Positions 29,653 to 40,040 of a DNA stretch of 64,000 nt are shown in pieces. Location: positions 896,001-960,000 of the forward strand of contig OY762897.2 in NCBI GenBank assembly GCA_963666515.2. The letters are read 5' to 3'. How positions within the stretch are numbered: the first letter of the stretch is position 1; the number at the start of each line of letters is the position of its first letter. The stretch comes from Candidatus Binatia bacterium (lineage in GTDB: Bacteria > Desulfobacterota > Binatia > UBA9968 > JAJDTQ01). The translations under genes were made by a program, and so were the position numbers. Below the pieces are notes generated by a model, which ran no database searches, was not told the origin of the DNA, and worked only from the letters and a program-made list of their open reading frames with translations.

Positions 29653-30297
29653 ATGACCAAGACGGAGTTGATGACGGCCATGCAGGCGCACCGCCTGGTG
29701 GCGGTGATTCGTTCCAGGACCGCGGAAGAAGCGCTGGCCACCGCCAGGGCGGTGGGCGAGGCCGGCATCCGGTTCGTGGAAGTGACTTTCAGCGTGCCCG
29801 GCGCCGCCGAGGTGATTCGCACGCTGGCCGGGGAAGGCCAGGTGCACGTGGGCGCCGGCACCGTGCTTTCCGAGGAGCAGGCGCGCACGGGCATCGAGGC
29901 AGGCGCGCGGTTCATCGTCTCGCCCAGCCTGGAGCTGGACCTCGTGCCGCTCTGCCGTGAGGCCGGTGTGGCGTCCATCCCCGCGGGAGCGACGCCCACC
30001 GAGGTGGTCCGGGCGATCCGCGCCGGCGCCGACCTGGTGAAGATATTTCCCGCGGACTGCGTGGGCGGGCCGCACTTCATCCGCCAGATGCTGGGCCCGT
30101 TCCCGGATGCCCGCTTCATGGTCTCGGGCGGCGTCAACAAGGACAACGTGTCGGAGTACGTCACCCTGGGGGTGACGGGCATCGTGCTGGGCAGCGCCTT
30201 CCTGGCGGACGTGCTGGCCCGGGAAGGTCACGACGGGCTTGTGACGAAGGCGGGGGAGTTCGTGGCGTTGGTGGAGGAGGCGTTCGCGAGACTGTAG
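29653..30297 (+). CDS. eda: KDPG/KHG aldolase family protein
   Basis: AVIR, EVTF, GAGTV, FIVSP, TPTE, KIFPA, GGV. Confidence 0.85.
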   Translation: MTKTELMTAMQAHRLVAVIRSRTAEEALATARAVGEAGIRFVEVTFSVPGAAEVIRTLAGEGQVHVGAGTVLSEEQARTGIEAGARFIVSPSLELDLVPLCREAGVASIPAGATPTEVVRAIRAGADLVKIFPADCVGGPHFIRQMLGPFPDARFMVSGGVNKDNVSEYVTLGVTGIVLGSAFLADVLAREGHDGLVTKAGEFVALVEEAFARL

Positions 30298-30387
30298 AAA
30301 CGTCGTCCCGGACCCCGGGTCAGGCCCGGAGCAAGCTTGATCCGGGACCTGGAGGAGGGGCCGCGAAAAGGTGATTTCGGGGGAATC

Positions 30388-31377
30388 ATGGCGAATATCG
30401 AACTGACGCTGGCATGTGAGGACTACGACCGCACCCGTGCGCTCAGGGACGGGCTGGTGAAGCCCGAGGGCATCGACCTCAACTACGTGGCGCTGCCGGT
30501 GGAGGAGATATTCTGGCGCATGCTCCATTTCCAGGAGTTCGACGCCGCCGAGATGTCCATGGGCGCGTACCACGTCGATGCCTCCCGCGGCCATCGTCCG
30601 TTCATCGCCATTCCGGTGTTCCCCTCCCGCATGTTCCGGCACCGCTGCATCTTCGTGAACACCGCTTCCGGCATCGAGAAGCCCGAGGACCTCAAGGGCC
30701 GGCGCGTGGGCGTGCCGGAGTACACCATGACGGCGTCGGTGTGGGTGCGCGGCATGTTGCAGCACGACTTCGGCGTCGAGGCCAGGGACGTCCACTGGAT
30801 CCAGGGCGGGGTGGAGCAGCCGGGACGCAAGGACCGCGTGCCCTTCGACGCCCCGGACGGGGTGGAGATCGACACCGAGGAGGAGCGGACCCTCGACGAC
30901 ATGCTGGAGAAGGGCGACATCGACGCGCTGGTGTCGGCGCGCATGCCTTCGTGCTTCGTGCGGCGCGCGCCCGGCATCACCCGCCTCTTCAGGGATTGCC
31001 GCGCCGCGGAGATGGACTATTTCCGCCGCACCGGTCTGTTCCCCATCATGCACTGCATCGTGGTGCGCCGGGAGATCTACGAGGCGCACCCGTGGGTGAC
31101 CCAGAACCTCTACAAGGCGTTCTGCCAGGCCAAGGACCTGTGCGTGTCGCAGATCTACGACACCAACGTGCTGCGCACGCACAACCTCTGGTATCTGTTC
31201 GAGTACGAGGAGACGGTGGATCTCATGGGCGAGGACTACTGGCCCTACGGCTTCGAGAGCAACCGCAAGACCCTGGAGACCTTCCACTCCTACCTGTTGG
31301 AGCAGGGCGTGATCAAGAACCCCGTGGACCTGGAGAGCCTGTACGCGTCCAACACCCGCGAAGCGTTCAAGATATAG
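30388..31377 (+). CDS. 4,5-dihydroxyphthalate decarboxylase-like (periplasmic-binding-protein fold)
   Basis: LTLACEDYDRT, PVFPSRMFRH, GVPEYTMTA.VW.RG, FPIMH, WPYG. Confidence 0.82.
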   Translation: MANIELTLACEDYDRTRALRDGLVKPEGIDLNYVALPVEEIFWRMLHFQEFDAAEMSMGAYHVDASRGHRPFIAIPVFPSRMFRHRCIFVNTASGIEKPEDLKGRRVGVPEYTMTASVWVRGMLQHDFGVEARDVHWIQGGVEQPGRKDRVPFDAPDGVEIDTEEERTLDDMLEKGDIDALVSARMPSCFVRRAPGITRLFRDCRAAEMDYFRRTGLFPIMHCIVVRREIYEAHPWVTQNLYKAFCQAKDLCVSQIYDTNVLRTHNLWYLFEYEETVDLMGEDYWPYGFESNRKTLETFHSYLLEQGVIKNPVDLESLYASNTREAFKI

Positions 31378-31380
31378 GGA

Positions 31381-32136
31381 TCATTGGAAGGGGACGCCGT
31401 AGGACGGCCGGACCCGGAAGTAGTCGCTGACGTACTCGTTGGCGGGGTGGCGCATCAGGCTCTCGGCGGTCCCCACCTGCTCCAGCCGGCCCTCGTGCAT
31501 CAGCGCGATGCGGTCCGCCAGCTCCAGGGCGTCCTCCAGGTTGTGGGTGACGAGAAGGGTGGTGAGGCGCTGCTCCTTGTGAAACGCGCGGATCTCGGCG
31601 CGGACCCGGCGGCGGTTGGGCGGGTCCAGGTTGCTGAGGGGTTCGTCCATGAGCATGATCTGCGGGTAGGTGGTCATGGCACGGGCCAGGGCCACGCGCT
31701 GCTGCTGGCCCGCGGAAAGCTCCGGGGGCTTGCGTTCGAACAGCCGCTCCTCGATGTTGAGGGCCTTGGCCAGCGGCCGAATGAGTTCGCGGATGGCGCC
31801 CACGGACCATTTCCGGATGCGTAGCGGCAGCGTCAGGTTGGCGTACTTGCGGTCGTCGAAGACGCGCATGTGCGGCCACAGCGCGTAGCTCTGGAAGATG
31901 AGCTGCACGTCCCGGCGGCCGGGCGGCACGTCGTTCACCGGCACCCCGCCGATGAGGACCTCGCCGGTGTCCGGGGTCTCCAGCCCGGCGATGATGCGCA
32001 GCAGCGTGGTCTTGCCGCAGCCGCTCTCGCCGATGATGACCAGGAACTCGCCCTGGTCCACCTCGATGTCGAAGCCGTCCACCGCGGTTACCGGACCAAA
32101 ACGCTTGCCGATGTTGCGCAGAACGAGGTTCTTCAC
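31381..32136 (-). CDS. ABC transporter ATP-binding protein (MalK/PotA-like, no TOBE tail)
   Basis: GESGCGKT, FQSYALWPHM, LSAGQQQRVA, MDEP, VTH. Confidence 0.88.
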   Translation of the reverse strand: MKNLVLRNIGKRFGPVTAVDGFDIEVDQGEFLVIIGESGCGKTTLLRIIAGLETPDTGEVLIGGVPVNDVPPGRRDVQLIFQSYALWPHMRVFDDRKYANLTLPLRIRKWSVGAIRELIRPLAKALNIEERLFERKPPELSAGQQQRVALARAMTTYPQIMLMDEPLSNLDPPNRRRVRAEIRAFHKEQRLTTLLVTHNLEDALELADRIALMHEGRLEQVGTAESLMRHPANEYVSDYFRVRPSYGVPFQ

Positions 32137-32216
32137 GCCGCCATGGTAAGGCAACGGCAGAGGCAATACAATCTTGACAAAGGAACGCGCTCTGGATCAC
32201 TCCGAGGCGCCGCTAC

Positions 32217-32245
32217 GTCATTCCGGGCTTGACCCGGAATCCAGG
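32217..32245. repeat. REP-like element
   Basis: gtcattccgggcttgacccggaatccagg. Confidence 0.7.
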
Positions 32246-32287
32246 GAAGGTGGGGCGGGCCGCTCGCGGCAGTTTGAAGCAAGATCC

Positions 32288-34051
32288 ATGCGAAAAACCA
32301 AGGAGACGATCCAGCACCTGATCCGGGCCAGCATGGGCGAGGTCAAGGCCGACTTGGTGGTGACCGGCGGGCGTTTCGTCAACGTCTACAGCGGCGAGGT
32401 GCTGGACGGCGTGGAGATGGCCGTGAGCGCGGGCCGGGTCTGCTACGTGGGGCCCAGCGCCGATCACACCCGCGGCGAGGAGACACGGGTCATCGACGCG
32501 GGCGGGCGGTGGGTCGCGCCGGGGTTCATCGACGCTCACACCCACATCGGCCACTTCTGCCGTCCCTTCGAGCTGCTGCAGGCGTACGCGCCCCACGGCG
32601 CCACCGCGCTCATGGCCTCCTGCGACGAGCACACGGTGGCCTTCGGCCTCGCCGGCATGGAGCTCTTCCTGGACGAAGTCGAATCGCATCCGGTCCGGGT
32701 CTACGCCCTGATCTCCATGGCGGCGCCCCAGGACCCGCTGTTGTGCCGCACCGAATCGATGTCGGACACGGAGGTGGCCGAGATTCTGCGGGACCCCCGG
32801 GTGCTGGGACTCGGCGAGGTGGTCTCCTGGCTCCGGCTGGTGCAGACAGATCCGGATCTCCTGGAACGCATCGGCATGACCCTGGACCAGGGGAAGATCG
32901 TCCACGGCCACACCGCCGGCGCCCGGGACCGCCGGCTCAACGCCATCGCCGCGGCGTCCGTGTCGTCGTGCCACGAGCCCATCAACGGCGAGGACGCCCT
33001 GGCGCGGCTCCGGCTCGGCTACTGGACCATGCTGCGAGAGGGCTCCTTCCGGCAGGACCTGGAGGCGACCCTGAAGCCGCTCCTGGCCGCGGGCGTGGAC
33101 ACCGGCCGGTTGATCCTGGTCACCGACGGCATGGCTCCCGACGACGTGGCCGCGCACGGCCACATGGACCACGTGGTCCGCCGCGCCGTGGAGTGCGGCC
33201 TGAGCCCCGTGCGCGCCATCCAGGCCGCCACGCTGCATCCGGCGACATACTCGGGCCTCGATCAGGACATCGGCGGTCTGGCGCCGGGGCGGTTCGCCGA
33301 CTTCGTGCTGCTGGACGACCTGGAGACCGTGCGGGTGGGCGCCACCTTCATCGGCGGCGAGCTGGCGGCCGAGCACGGCGAGTCCAGGGTGGACGCGGTC
33401 CCGCCGCCGTTTCCGGACGGCATGGGGCTCAAGACCGCCTTCCGCCTGCCGGTGTCCGCGGACGACATGAGGATCCGCTGTGAGACCTCCCGCGCGCGCA
33501 TCCGGGTGATGGACCTCGTCAACCAGACCATCACGCGGGAACGGATCGTCGAGGTGGCCTGCGCCGGCGGGGTGATTCCAGCGGACGTCGAGAACGACCT
33601 CCTCAAGGTCGCCGTGTTCGACCGCCAGGACGGTTTCAGCCCCGCCTTCGGCTTCGTCCGGGGCCTGGGCGCTGACATCGGCGCCGTGGGCACCACCGTC
33701 AACCTCGACGAGTACACGTTGCTGGTGGCGGGCTCCAGCGACTACGACATGGCCCACTGCGCCAACCTGCTGCTGGAGTCCGGCGGCGGCGTCGCCCTGG
33801 TGGACAAGGGGCAAGTCCTCCAGGAGATCCCGTTTCCCATCGGCGGCCTCTTCTCCCTGGAGCCCTGGCGCGACGTCGGCGAAAGGCTCGCCGCCGTGCA
33901 GCGGACCCTGAGAGATCGCGGCAGCGCCTTCCCGAAGCCCCTCTACGCCCTCTGCTTCCTGACCTTCGTCACCCTCCCGGAACTCCGCATCACCGGCCGC
34001 GGCCTGGTGCGGGCCAAGGAGCGGCGCATCGTGCCGCTGCTGGCGGAGTGA
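32288..34051 (+). CDS. ade: Adenine deaminase-like amidohydrolase
   Basis: PGFIDAHTHI, GLGEV, HGH, CHEP, REGS, TDG, FVTLPELRIT. Confidence 0.8.
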   Translation: MRKTKETIQHLIRASMGEVKADLVVTGGRFVNVYSGEVLDGVEMAVSAGRVCYVGPSADHTRGEETRVIDAGGRWVAPGFIDAHTHIGHFCRPFELLQAYAPHGATALMASCDEHTVAFGLAGMELFLDEVESHPVRVYALISMAAPQDPLLCRTESMSDTEVAEILRDPRVLGLGEVVSWLRLVQTDPDLLERIGMTLDQGKIVHGHTAGARDRRLNAIAAASVSSCHEPINGEDALARLRLGYWTMLREGSFRQDLEATLKPLLAAGVDTGRLILVTDGMAPDDVAAHGHMDHVVRRAVECGLSPVRAIQAATLHPATYSGLDQDIGGLAPGRFADFVLLDDLETVRVGATFIGGELAAEHGESRVDAVPPPFPDGMGLKTAFRLPVSADDMRIRCETSRARIRVMDLVNQTITRERIVEVACAGGVIPADVENDLLKVAVFDRQDGFSPAFGFVRGLGADIGAVGTTVNLDEYTLLVAGSSDYDMAHCANLLLESGGGVALVDKGQVLQEIPFPIGGLFSLEPWRDVGERLAAVQRTLRDRGSAFPKPLYALCFLTFVTLPELRITGRGLVRAKERRIVPLLAE

Positions 34052-34054
34052 CGG

Positions 34055-35989
34055 TCACCTGGACAACTCAAGGGTTCCCCGCAGGCCGGCGAAGAATCCG
34101 ATGCCCGTGGTGTGATAGCCGGGCACTTCCTCGTAGTCCGTGTCGAACAGGTTGTCGACCCGTCCGAAGAGCTCGATTCGTTCGGTTACCTTGTAGGCTG
34201 CCGCGAGGTTGACCAGCGTGAAGTCGTCCAGCATCACCGGATTGGCCTTCCGGTTGAGCTGTTTGCCGTTGTAGTCGATGCCGAGGTCGACGCTGGCCTT
34301 GCCGTCGAGGAAGGCGTAGCCGAAGTTGAGGCTGGCCACGTGCTCGGCCCGGCGCGGAAGCAGCTCGCCGTCCGGGTCCTTGGCGTCGGTGTAGGTGTAC
34401 TGGGCCGAGAGGCTCATTCCCTTCGCCGGGCGCGCCGTCGCGGTGAACTCCAGGCCGCTGATCTTCGATGTCCCGTCCAGGTTGTCGTAGAAGTCGTCGT
34501 CGCCGGTTCCGGGGTTTTGCCAGTCGTAGGGGGTGCCGGCGTCGTTCCAGTAGATCAGGTTCGTCGGGCGGTTGTTGAACCAGGTCATGTCCAGGGAGAG
34601 CCGGCCTTCGAGCAGGCTTTGCTCGATGCCGATGTCCCAACCCTTGCTCTCCTCGGGTTCCACGTCGGGATTCGGGCCCACACGGCCGAACTGCTGGAAC
34701 AGTTGCGACAGGGTGGGGTTCTTGACCCCGGTGCCGTAGCTGCCGTGGAACCGTGTTCCGCTTCCGTCCAGCACGTAGGCGGCCGTGACTCGGAACGTCG
34801 TGGTATCGTCGAAGCGCTCGTTGTCGTCGTGACGCACGCTGCCCGAGAGAAAGAGCCGGTCCGAAAACCCGACTTGATATTCGGCGGAGTAGCCGTGGCT
34901 CGCGACCTCGGAGGACGCCCCGCCCGAGGTCTGGGAGTCCGTTTCCCGCTCGGCGACGAAGGTCACGGCATGTGTCGCGTCGGCCGCCGCCGGCGTCTCG
35001 AAGAAGTAGTTGGTCTCATAGTCAAAGCGTGACTTCCGACCGTCGTATTCGCTGGTTCCCCAACTGCTGACCACGGTGCGCCGCTTCCGGTGCATGGCGG
35101 CGCCGACGGCATGCCGCCAGTCCCCGTCCAGCAGGCTGTAGCTCAATCGGGTCCGTCCCATGGCATGGTCCGAGCCGGTGCGGTCGTCGTTGTCTCTCGG
35201 CACGTTGTCGGTTTCCACGTTTCCCTTGACGTAGCGGCCAAACAACCGGAACTCGAGATTCTCCCCTGGCCGCAGGCCGAGCTTCGCGCTGTAGGTCTGA
35301 TTCCGGTACCCGTCCTTCTCGTTTCCCGCGGCGATGGATATCCCGGAGGTCCTGAAGGCGGCCGCGTTCAGGGAGAAATCGTGGCCGTCGCCTCCGCCAC
35401 GAACGCCTGCCGACACGTTCCCGGTTCCGAACGAACCGCCCTCCACGCTCAGGCTCGCCGTCGCCGGGCCGCGCCCTTTTTTCGTGACGATGTTGACGAC
35501 GCCGCCGATGGCGTCGCTGCCATAGATTCCGCTCTGCGGCCCCCGGAGCACCTCGATGCGCTCGATGTCCGCGGCCAGCAGATCGGCGAAGTTGAAGACG
35601 GCGCCGCTGCTGCTCGGGTCGTTGACCTTCACGCCGTCGATGATGACCAGTGTGTGCCCGTGTTCGGTGCCGCGCAGACGCACCGCCGTCAACGTCCCCG
35701 CCGTGCCGGAAAGATGCACCGCGACCCCCGGAACCTCCCGCAGCAGGTCGGATACGACCCGTACCTGCTTGCGTTCGATCTCTTCCGCGGTGATGACCGT
35801 GACCGAGCTGCCGACGGCTTGGGCCTGCAGCGGCACGCGGCTCGCCGAGACCACGATCTCGGGGAGCTGCTCGATGTTGCCACCGGCGACCGAAGTCTCG
35901 GAAGGTTGGTCAGAGGACGTCTGGGCCGCGCCCGGCTGAACCGTGAAAAAGATGAGAAGGGCGATGACACCCGCAATCGGAAACTTCAT
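34055..35989 (-). CDS. btuB: TonB-dependent receptor, BtuB-like
   Basis: Signal peptide, IVVSASR box, IERIEVLRGPQSGIYG, NLFDTDYEE. Lies downstream of the B12 riboswitch. Confidence 0.85.
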   Translation of the reverse strand: MKFPIAGVIALLIFFTVQPGAAQTSSDQPSETSVAGGNIEQLPEIVVSASRVPLQAQAVGSSVTVITAEEIERKQVRVVSDLLREVPGVAVHLSGTAGTLTAVRLRGTEHGHTLVIIDGVKVNDPSSSGAVFNFADLLAADIERIEVLRGPQSGIYGSDAIGGVVNIVTKKGRGPATASLSVEGGSFGTGNVSAGVRGGGDGHDFSLNAAAFRTSGISIAAGNEKDGYRNQTYSAKLGLRPGENLEFRLFGRYVKGNVETDNVPRDNDDRTGSDHAMGRTRLSYSLLDGDWRHAVGAAMHRKRRTVVSSWGTSEYDGRKSRFDYETNYFFETPAAADATHAVTFVAERETDSQTSGGASSEVASHGYSAEYQVGFSDRLFLSGSVRHDDNERFDDTTTFRVTAAYVLDGSGTRFHGSYGTGVKNPTLSQLFQQFGRVGPNPDVEPEESKGWDIGIEQSLLEGRLSLDMTWFNNRPTNLIYWNDAGTPYDWQNPGTGDDDFYDNLDGTSKISGLEFTATARPAKGMSLSAQYTYTDAKDPDGELLPRRAEHVASLNFGYAFLDGKASVDLGIDYNGKQLNRKANPVMLDDFTLVNLAAAYKVTERIELFGRVDNLFDTDYEEVPGYHTTGIGFFAGLRGTLELSR

Positions 35990-36855
35990 GGCAATCTTCC
36001 TTTCCCGCGAAGGCGCTTGTCCTCCTCGAGCTTGAACGCCACCGGGATACGGACCCAGCTCGCCACGGCGTCGATGCCGCGGCGCGCGGGATGGAACTTC
36101 CAGCTTCGGACCGCCTTCATCGCAGCGGCGTCGAGAATCTCGAAGCCAGAGGTCCGGTCCACCGCGACGTGTTCCGGGGCGCCCGCGGGGTCCACCCGCA
36201 CCCTGAGCACCGTGGTGCCCTGCCATCCTGCCCGGCGCGCCTTTCCGGGATACCGGGGGGGCGCAGTCCGCGCATAACGGGCCGGACTGAAGCCGGCGCC
36301 GGTCCCGGGGCGACGATCGGGGGATGTCTTGTTCGCAAGGCCGCGGGAGAGATGCTCATTCGTCACCGCGCCGTCGTTCCCGCCGGTCTCGCCAGTCGGC
36401 TTCCGCGCCGGAACGGTGGCGTCTGCGGCGCGGGCCGCCTCCGCGGACTTTGCCGGCGCTGCCGGTTCCGGCGGCCGCGCCGGTTCGGGCCGGGGCCGTT
36501 TCGGCCGCATCTTCGCCGCCGGTCGCGTCCGGGCGGGCGTCGGGGCCACTCGTTTAGCGGCCTCGGGCGCCGTCTTCGCGACCTGGATCACGGACCGGGC
36601 CGGAGCCTGCGGCTGCTTGGGTTTCGGACGTGTTTCCGCAGCCTTGGCCAGCGGGGCCGCGTTGGATGTTTTGGCCTGAGCGGGTCGTCGCGAAGCCCGC
36701 TTCGGAGCCTCGGACATGGGCGCATACATTAGCTCCACTCGTACGGGTTGAAGGGTGTCCTCTCCCGCGTCGCCGGCGCTCATGGGGAAGGGCATCCACA
36801 GGAGCGCGCCGTGGAACAGCGTCGAGCCCAGCAGGGAATAGAGAAGGCGGCGCAC
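35986..36855 (-). CDS. tonB: Energy transducer TonB
   Basis: N-terminal TM with S...H, Pro/Ala-rich linker, YP..ARR.G.QG...SG..LD.AA..AV..WKF.P. Confidence 0.9.
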   Translation of the reverse strand: MRRLLYSLLGSTLFHGALLWMPFPMSAGDAGEDTLQPVRVELMYAPMSEAPKRASRRPAQAKTSNAAPLAKAAETRPKPKQPQAPARSVIQVAKTAPEAAKRVAPTPARTRPAAKMRPKRPRPEPARPPEPAAPAKSAEAARAADATVPARKPTGETGGNDGAVTNEHLSRGLANKTSPDRRPGTGAGFSPARYARTAPPRYPGKARRAGWQGTTVLRVRVDPAGAPEHVAVDRTSGFEILDAAAMKAVRSWKFHPARRGIDAVASWVRIPVAFKLEEDKRLRGKGRLP

Positions 36856-36980
36856 GTCGGTCTCGTCATCCGGCGGCGGTCAGGGCCGTCTCGACCGGAC
36901 GGATGCGGGAACGAGCGCGTCTATTGTGGCGATTACGAATGGCGAGACCTCCTCTCTCCTCGGAGAGCATGGTTGCTTTC

Positions 36981-37151
36981 GGTCCTCAGGTAGGTCTCCT
37001 GGCTCATGGGCTGGCCGCTCGGGCCGCCTTGCCGCCTTCCCATTCCCGGATGGGGAACAGTGGCACGCTGGCAAGGGTTCCCACTTACAGTGGCGGGACC
37101 GCACCGGATTTCAACCGGTTTCCCTTTTATCCCGTGAGGGACCTGAGGACC
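36981..37151 (-). ncRNA. Cobalamin riboswitch
   Basis: Minus strand AGGGAAACCGGTTGAAATCCGGTGCGGTCCCGCCACTGTAA...GCCACTG...GGGAAGGC...GAGCCAGGAGACCT, closed by the GGTCCTCAGGT/ACCTGAGGACC stem. Confidence 0.95.
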
Positions 37152-37245
37152 GGGCGGCCGGAAGGGCCGCCCGTGGCGAATGTAGTTAGCTTTACGGGGA
37201 GACCTTGTCAAGCCGGCAAGGCCTCCCCGCGGGAAGGACGCCGGC

Positions 37246-38184
37246 TTACAGCGCCGACTTGATGTCCTCGATGTAGTCCTTGAACCCGTCCTCCACGCTG
37301 TACTCGGGTTCCCAGCCGAGGACGTCCCTGGCCCGGGTGATGACCATGGGCTGCTTGGACGAGCGCGGCGGCTTGCCGGGGATGATTTCCACCTCCAGTT
37401 TCGGCAGCAGCCCCTGGACCATGTCCACCAGGTCGTCGAACTTGATGACCATGCCGGTGCCGATGTTGAAGGTGGTCTCCGCGGGGGCCGGAACGGTGGC
37501 CGCCAACTCGATGGCCCGGCCCACGTCCTTGAAGTAGACGTACTCGAAGTCCCGGGTGGATTCCTGCGGGATGTTGGCGACGCCGCCCTTGATGCCGGCC
37601 TCCACCAGGCTCTGGAGCATCTCGCCGCCGGCGGAGCCGCCGGCGAAGTGGCCGAAGCCGAACACGTTGGCCAGCCGCAGCACGATCAGCTCGAAGCCGT
37701 AGAGCCGCTGGTAGGCCTCCACCATCAGCTCCTTGGCCACCTTGGAGTTGCCGTAGGCGTTGCCGTCGCCGCGGTTGAAACCTTCGCCGATGGGTTCGTC
37801 GCCCTCCATGCGGCGGTTGTACACCCCCATGGTGCTGATCTGGAGCAGCCGCTTGACGCCGGCGAGGCGCACCGCTTCGGCCACGTTGACCGTGCCCATG
37901 ACGTTGATCTGAAGGCCGCTGTAGACCGGATTGGCCACCGCGCCGCCGATGAGGCCGGCGGTGTGCAGCACGGTCTCCACCTTGTGGGTCTGCATGGCGT
38001 CGATGAGCGCCGGCAGGTCGCGGATGTCCCCCTTGATGACGGTGACGTCCGTCTTGCCCAGCTTCCGTTCCAGGAAGTCCATCCGGGGCGCCATGTCGAA
38101 AAACACGATCTTCTCGCCCCGCTGGAGGGCGCGCTGCGCGAAGGCGGTGCCCACGAGGCCGACGCCGGTAATCAAAGTACTCAT
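37246..38184 (-). CDS. NAD-dependent epimerase/dehydratase
   Basis: TGVGLVG, INVMGT.NV.EA, YGNSK. Confidence 0.9.
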   Translation of the reverse strand: MSTLITGVGLVGTAFAQRALQRGEKIVFFDMAPRMDFLERKLGKTDVTVIKGDIRDLPALIDAMQTHKVETVLHTAGLIGGAVANPVYSGLQINVMGTVNVAEAVRLAGVKRLLQISTMGVYNRRMEGDEPIGEGFNRGDGNAYGNSKVAKELMVEAYQRLYGFELIVLRLANVFGFGHFAGGSAGGEMLQSLVEAGIKGGVANIPQESTRDFEYVYFKDVGRAIELAATVPAPAETTFNIGTGMVIKFDDLVDMVQGLLPKLEVEIIPGKPPRSSKQPMVITRARDVLGWEPEYSVEDGFKDYIEDIKSAL

Positions 38185-38284
38185 TATGACTCCCTTCTCA
38201 ATTGTCTGGATGTCCAAGTTACGTGCAACAACCCCCGCGAAGTGTCAAGGCGCCGCGTCTCGCGGTCCGTGTCCGTGCACCGCG

Positions 38285-39058
38285 TCAGGCCGGCCCGCTC
38301 ACCGCCACCACCCAGCCGTCCTCGACGCGGCGCACCGCGGCGCGCACTCCGTAAACCTCGGCCATGCGTTCCGGCGTCAGCGTTTCCTCGGGCGTTCCGT
38401 CCGCGACGATGCGCCCCCCGGAGATCCAGGCCAAGCGGTCCGCGAAGCGCGCGGCCAGCGCAGCCTCGTGCAGCACCACCAGCGCACAGTTGCCGGCGTC
38501 CGCGTATGCGCGGAGCAGGCGCATCACCTGGTATTGGTGGAGCGGGTCCAGCGCTTCGGTGGGCTCATCGACCAGCAGGAGCGGCGTTTCCGCGGCCATG
38601 GCCCGAGCCAGGTGGACGCGGGAGAGTTCCCCGCCGGAGAGGGTGTCGCACCGGCGCTCGGCCAGGGCGACCAGATCACAGGCGGACAGCGTGCGTTCCA
38701 CCGTCGCCGCATCTTCGCCGCCGAGCCGTCCGGGTGAAGCGCCGTGGGCGAAACGTCCCAGGGCCACGACGTCACGCACCCGGACGGGCCACGCCAACGG
38801 CCGCGACTGCGGGAGATAGGCGATGCGCCGGGCGCGTTCGGCCGCGGGCAGACTCACCGGGTCGTCGCCGCCGGCGGTGACGCTGCCTCCGTCGCGCTTC
38901 ACCAGCCCCAGGACGGCTCGAAGCAGCACCGTCTTGCCGGCGCCGTTGGGCCCGAGCAAGACGACCATCTCGCCCGGCGCTGCCTGCAGCGACACGTCTT
39001 GCAGCACGGCACGCCGCGCGAGCGTCACGCCGATTTCGTGGATCGACAACTCAGCCAC
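38285..39058 (-). CDS. Cobalamin/iron ABC transporter ATPase (BtuD-like)
   Basis: GPNGAGKT, LSGGE, VDEPT.ALD, VLHE. Confidence 0.88.
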   Translation of the reverse strand: MAELSIHEIGVTLARRAVLQDVSLQAAPGEMVVLLGPNGAGKTVLLRAVLGLVKRDGGSVTAGGDDPVSLPAAERARRIAYLPQSRPLAWPVRVRDVVALGRFAHGASPGRLGGEDAATVERTLSACDLVALAERRCDTLSGGELSRVHLARAMAAETPLLLVDEPTEALDPLHQYQVMRLLRAYADAGNCALVVLHEAALAARFADRLAWISGGRIVADGTPEETLTPERMAEVYGVRAAVRRVEDGWVVAVSGPA

Positions 39059-40040
39059 TGGGTACCCGCCTCGCGGCGACGATCCATATGAAGACCGGCG
39101 CTCCCAGCAGGGCCGCCACCACGCCGAGCTTGAGCTCCGTGTCGGTAGGGGCCACCCTCACACCGATGTCCGCCAGCACGAGAATGAGCCCCGCCAGCAA
39201 AGCTGACGGCGCCAGCGTGCGCGCCGGGTCGTGGTTCACCAGGGGCCGCACCAGGTGGGGCGCGACGATGCCGACGAAGCCGATGGCTCCCGCAATGGCC
39301 ACCGCGGCACCGGTGGCCAGCCCCGCTCCCAGCACCACGAGCCGCCGGGTCCGGGGCAGGTCGAGCCCTACGCCCGCCGCGGCTTCCTCGCCCAGGGTCA
39401 GCGCCGAAAGGCCGCGCCGTCCGGCGAAAAGGATCACGAGGCCCGCCGCCAGGAAGGGCGCAGTGGGCGCGAGGTCGGCGAAGCTCCGGTTGGCCACGGT
39501 GCCCAGCATCCAGTTGAGCATGTCGGACAGGGAGAACGGGTGCGGCGCCAAGTTCATCAGCAGGGCCGTCAGCGCCCCGGCGAAGCTCGACAGCCCGACC
39601 CCCACCAGGATCAGCGTAATCACCGAGCCCACGCGCGGCGCCGCCGCCGTCAACAGGACGGTGGCGGCCAGGGCGCCCACTATGGCGGCCATGGGCAGCG
39701 CCAGGGCGCCGGCGCTCGCAAGACCGTAGTAGATGACGAAGGTGGCGCCGAGTGCGGCGGTGGCGGAAACGCCGAGAACGCCGGGTTCGGCCAGCGGGTT
39801 GCGCAGAAGGCCTTGCAAGGCCGCGCCCGAGGCCCCCAGGGCCGCGCCCACCGCGAACGCCGCCACCGCCCGCGGCAAGCGGATCTCCCACACCACCACG
39901 CGGTCGCCGGCCGATGCGCCACCCGCCAGCGCACTCAGGACGCGTTCGACGCCCAGGGGAGTGGACCCCACCAGGCAAGCCGCTGCCAAGGCCAGGAGGG
40001 TGACGCCCGTCAGCGCCATGAGCAGGCTGCGATCGCTCAC
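39051..40040 (-). CDS. FecCD/BtuC-family permease
   Basis: IRLPR, RNPLAEPGVLGVSA, LGEEAA...G, IGFVGIVAPH. Confidence 0.9.
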   Translation of the reverse strand: MSDRSLLMALTGVTLLALAAACLVGSTPLGVERVLSALAGGASAGDRVVVWEIRLPRAVAAFAVGAALGASGAALQGLLRNPLAEPGVLGVSATAALGATFVIYYGLASAGALALPMAAIVGALAATVLLTAAAPRVGSVITLILVGVGLSSFAGALTALLMNLAPHPFSLSDMLNWMLGTVANRSFADLAPTAPFLAAGLVILFAGRRGLSALTLGEEAAAGVGLDLPRTRRLVVLGAGLATGAAVAIAGAIGFVGIVAPHLVRPLVNHDPARTLAPSALLAGLILVLADIGVRVAPTDTELKLGVVAALLGAPVFIWIVAARRVPSG

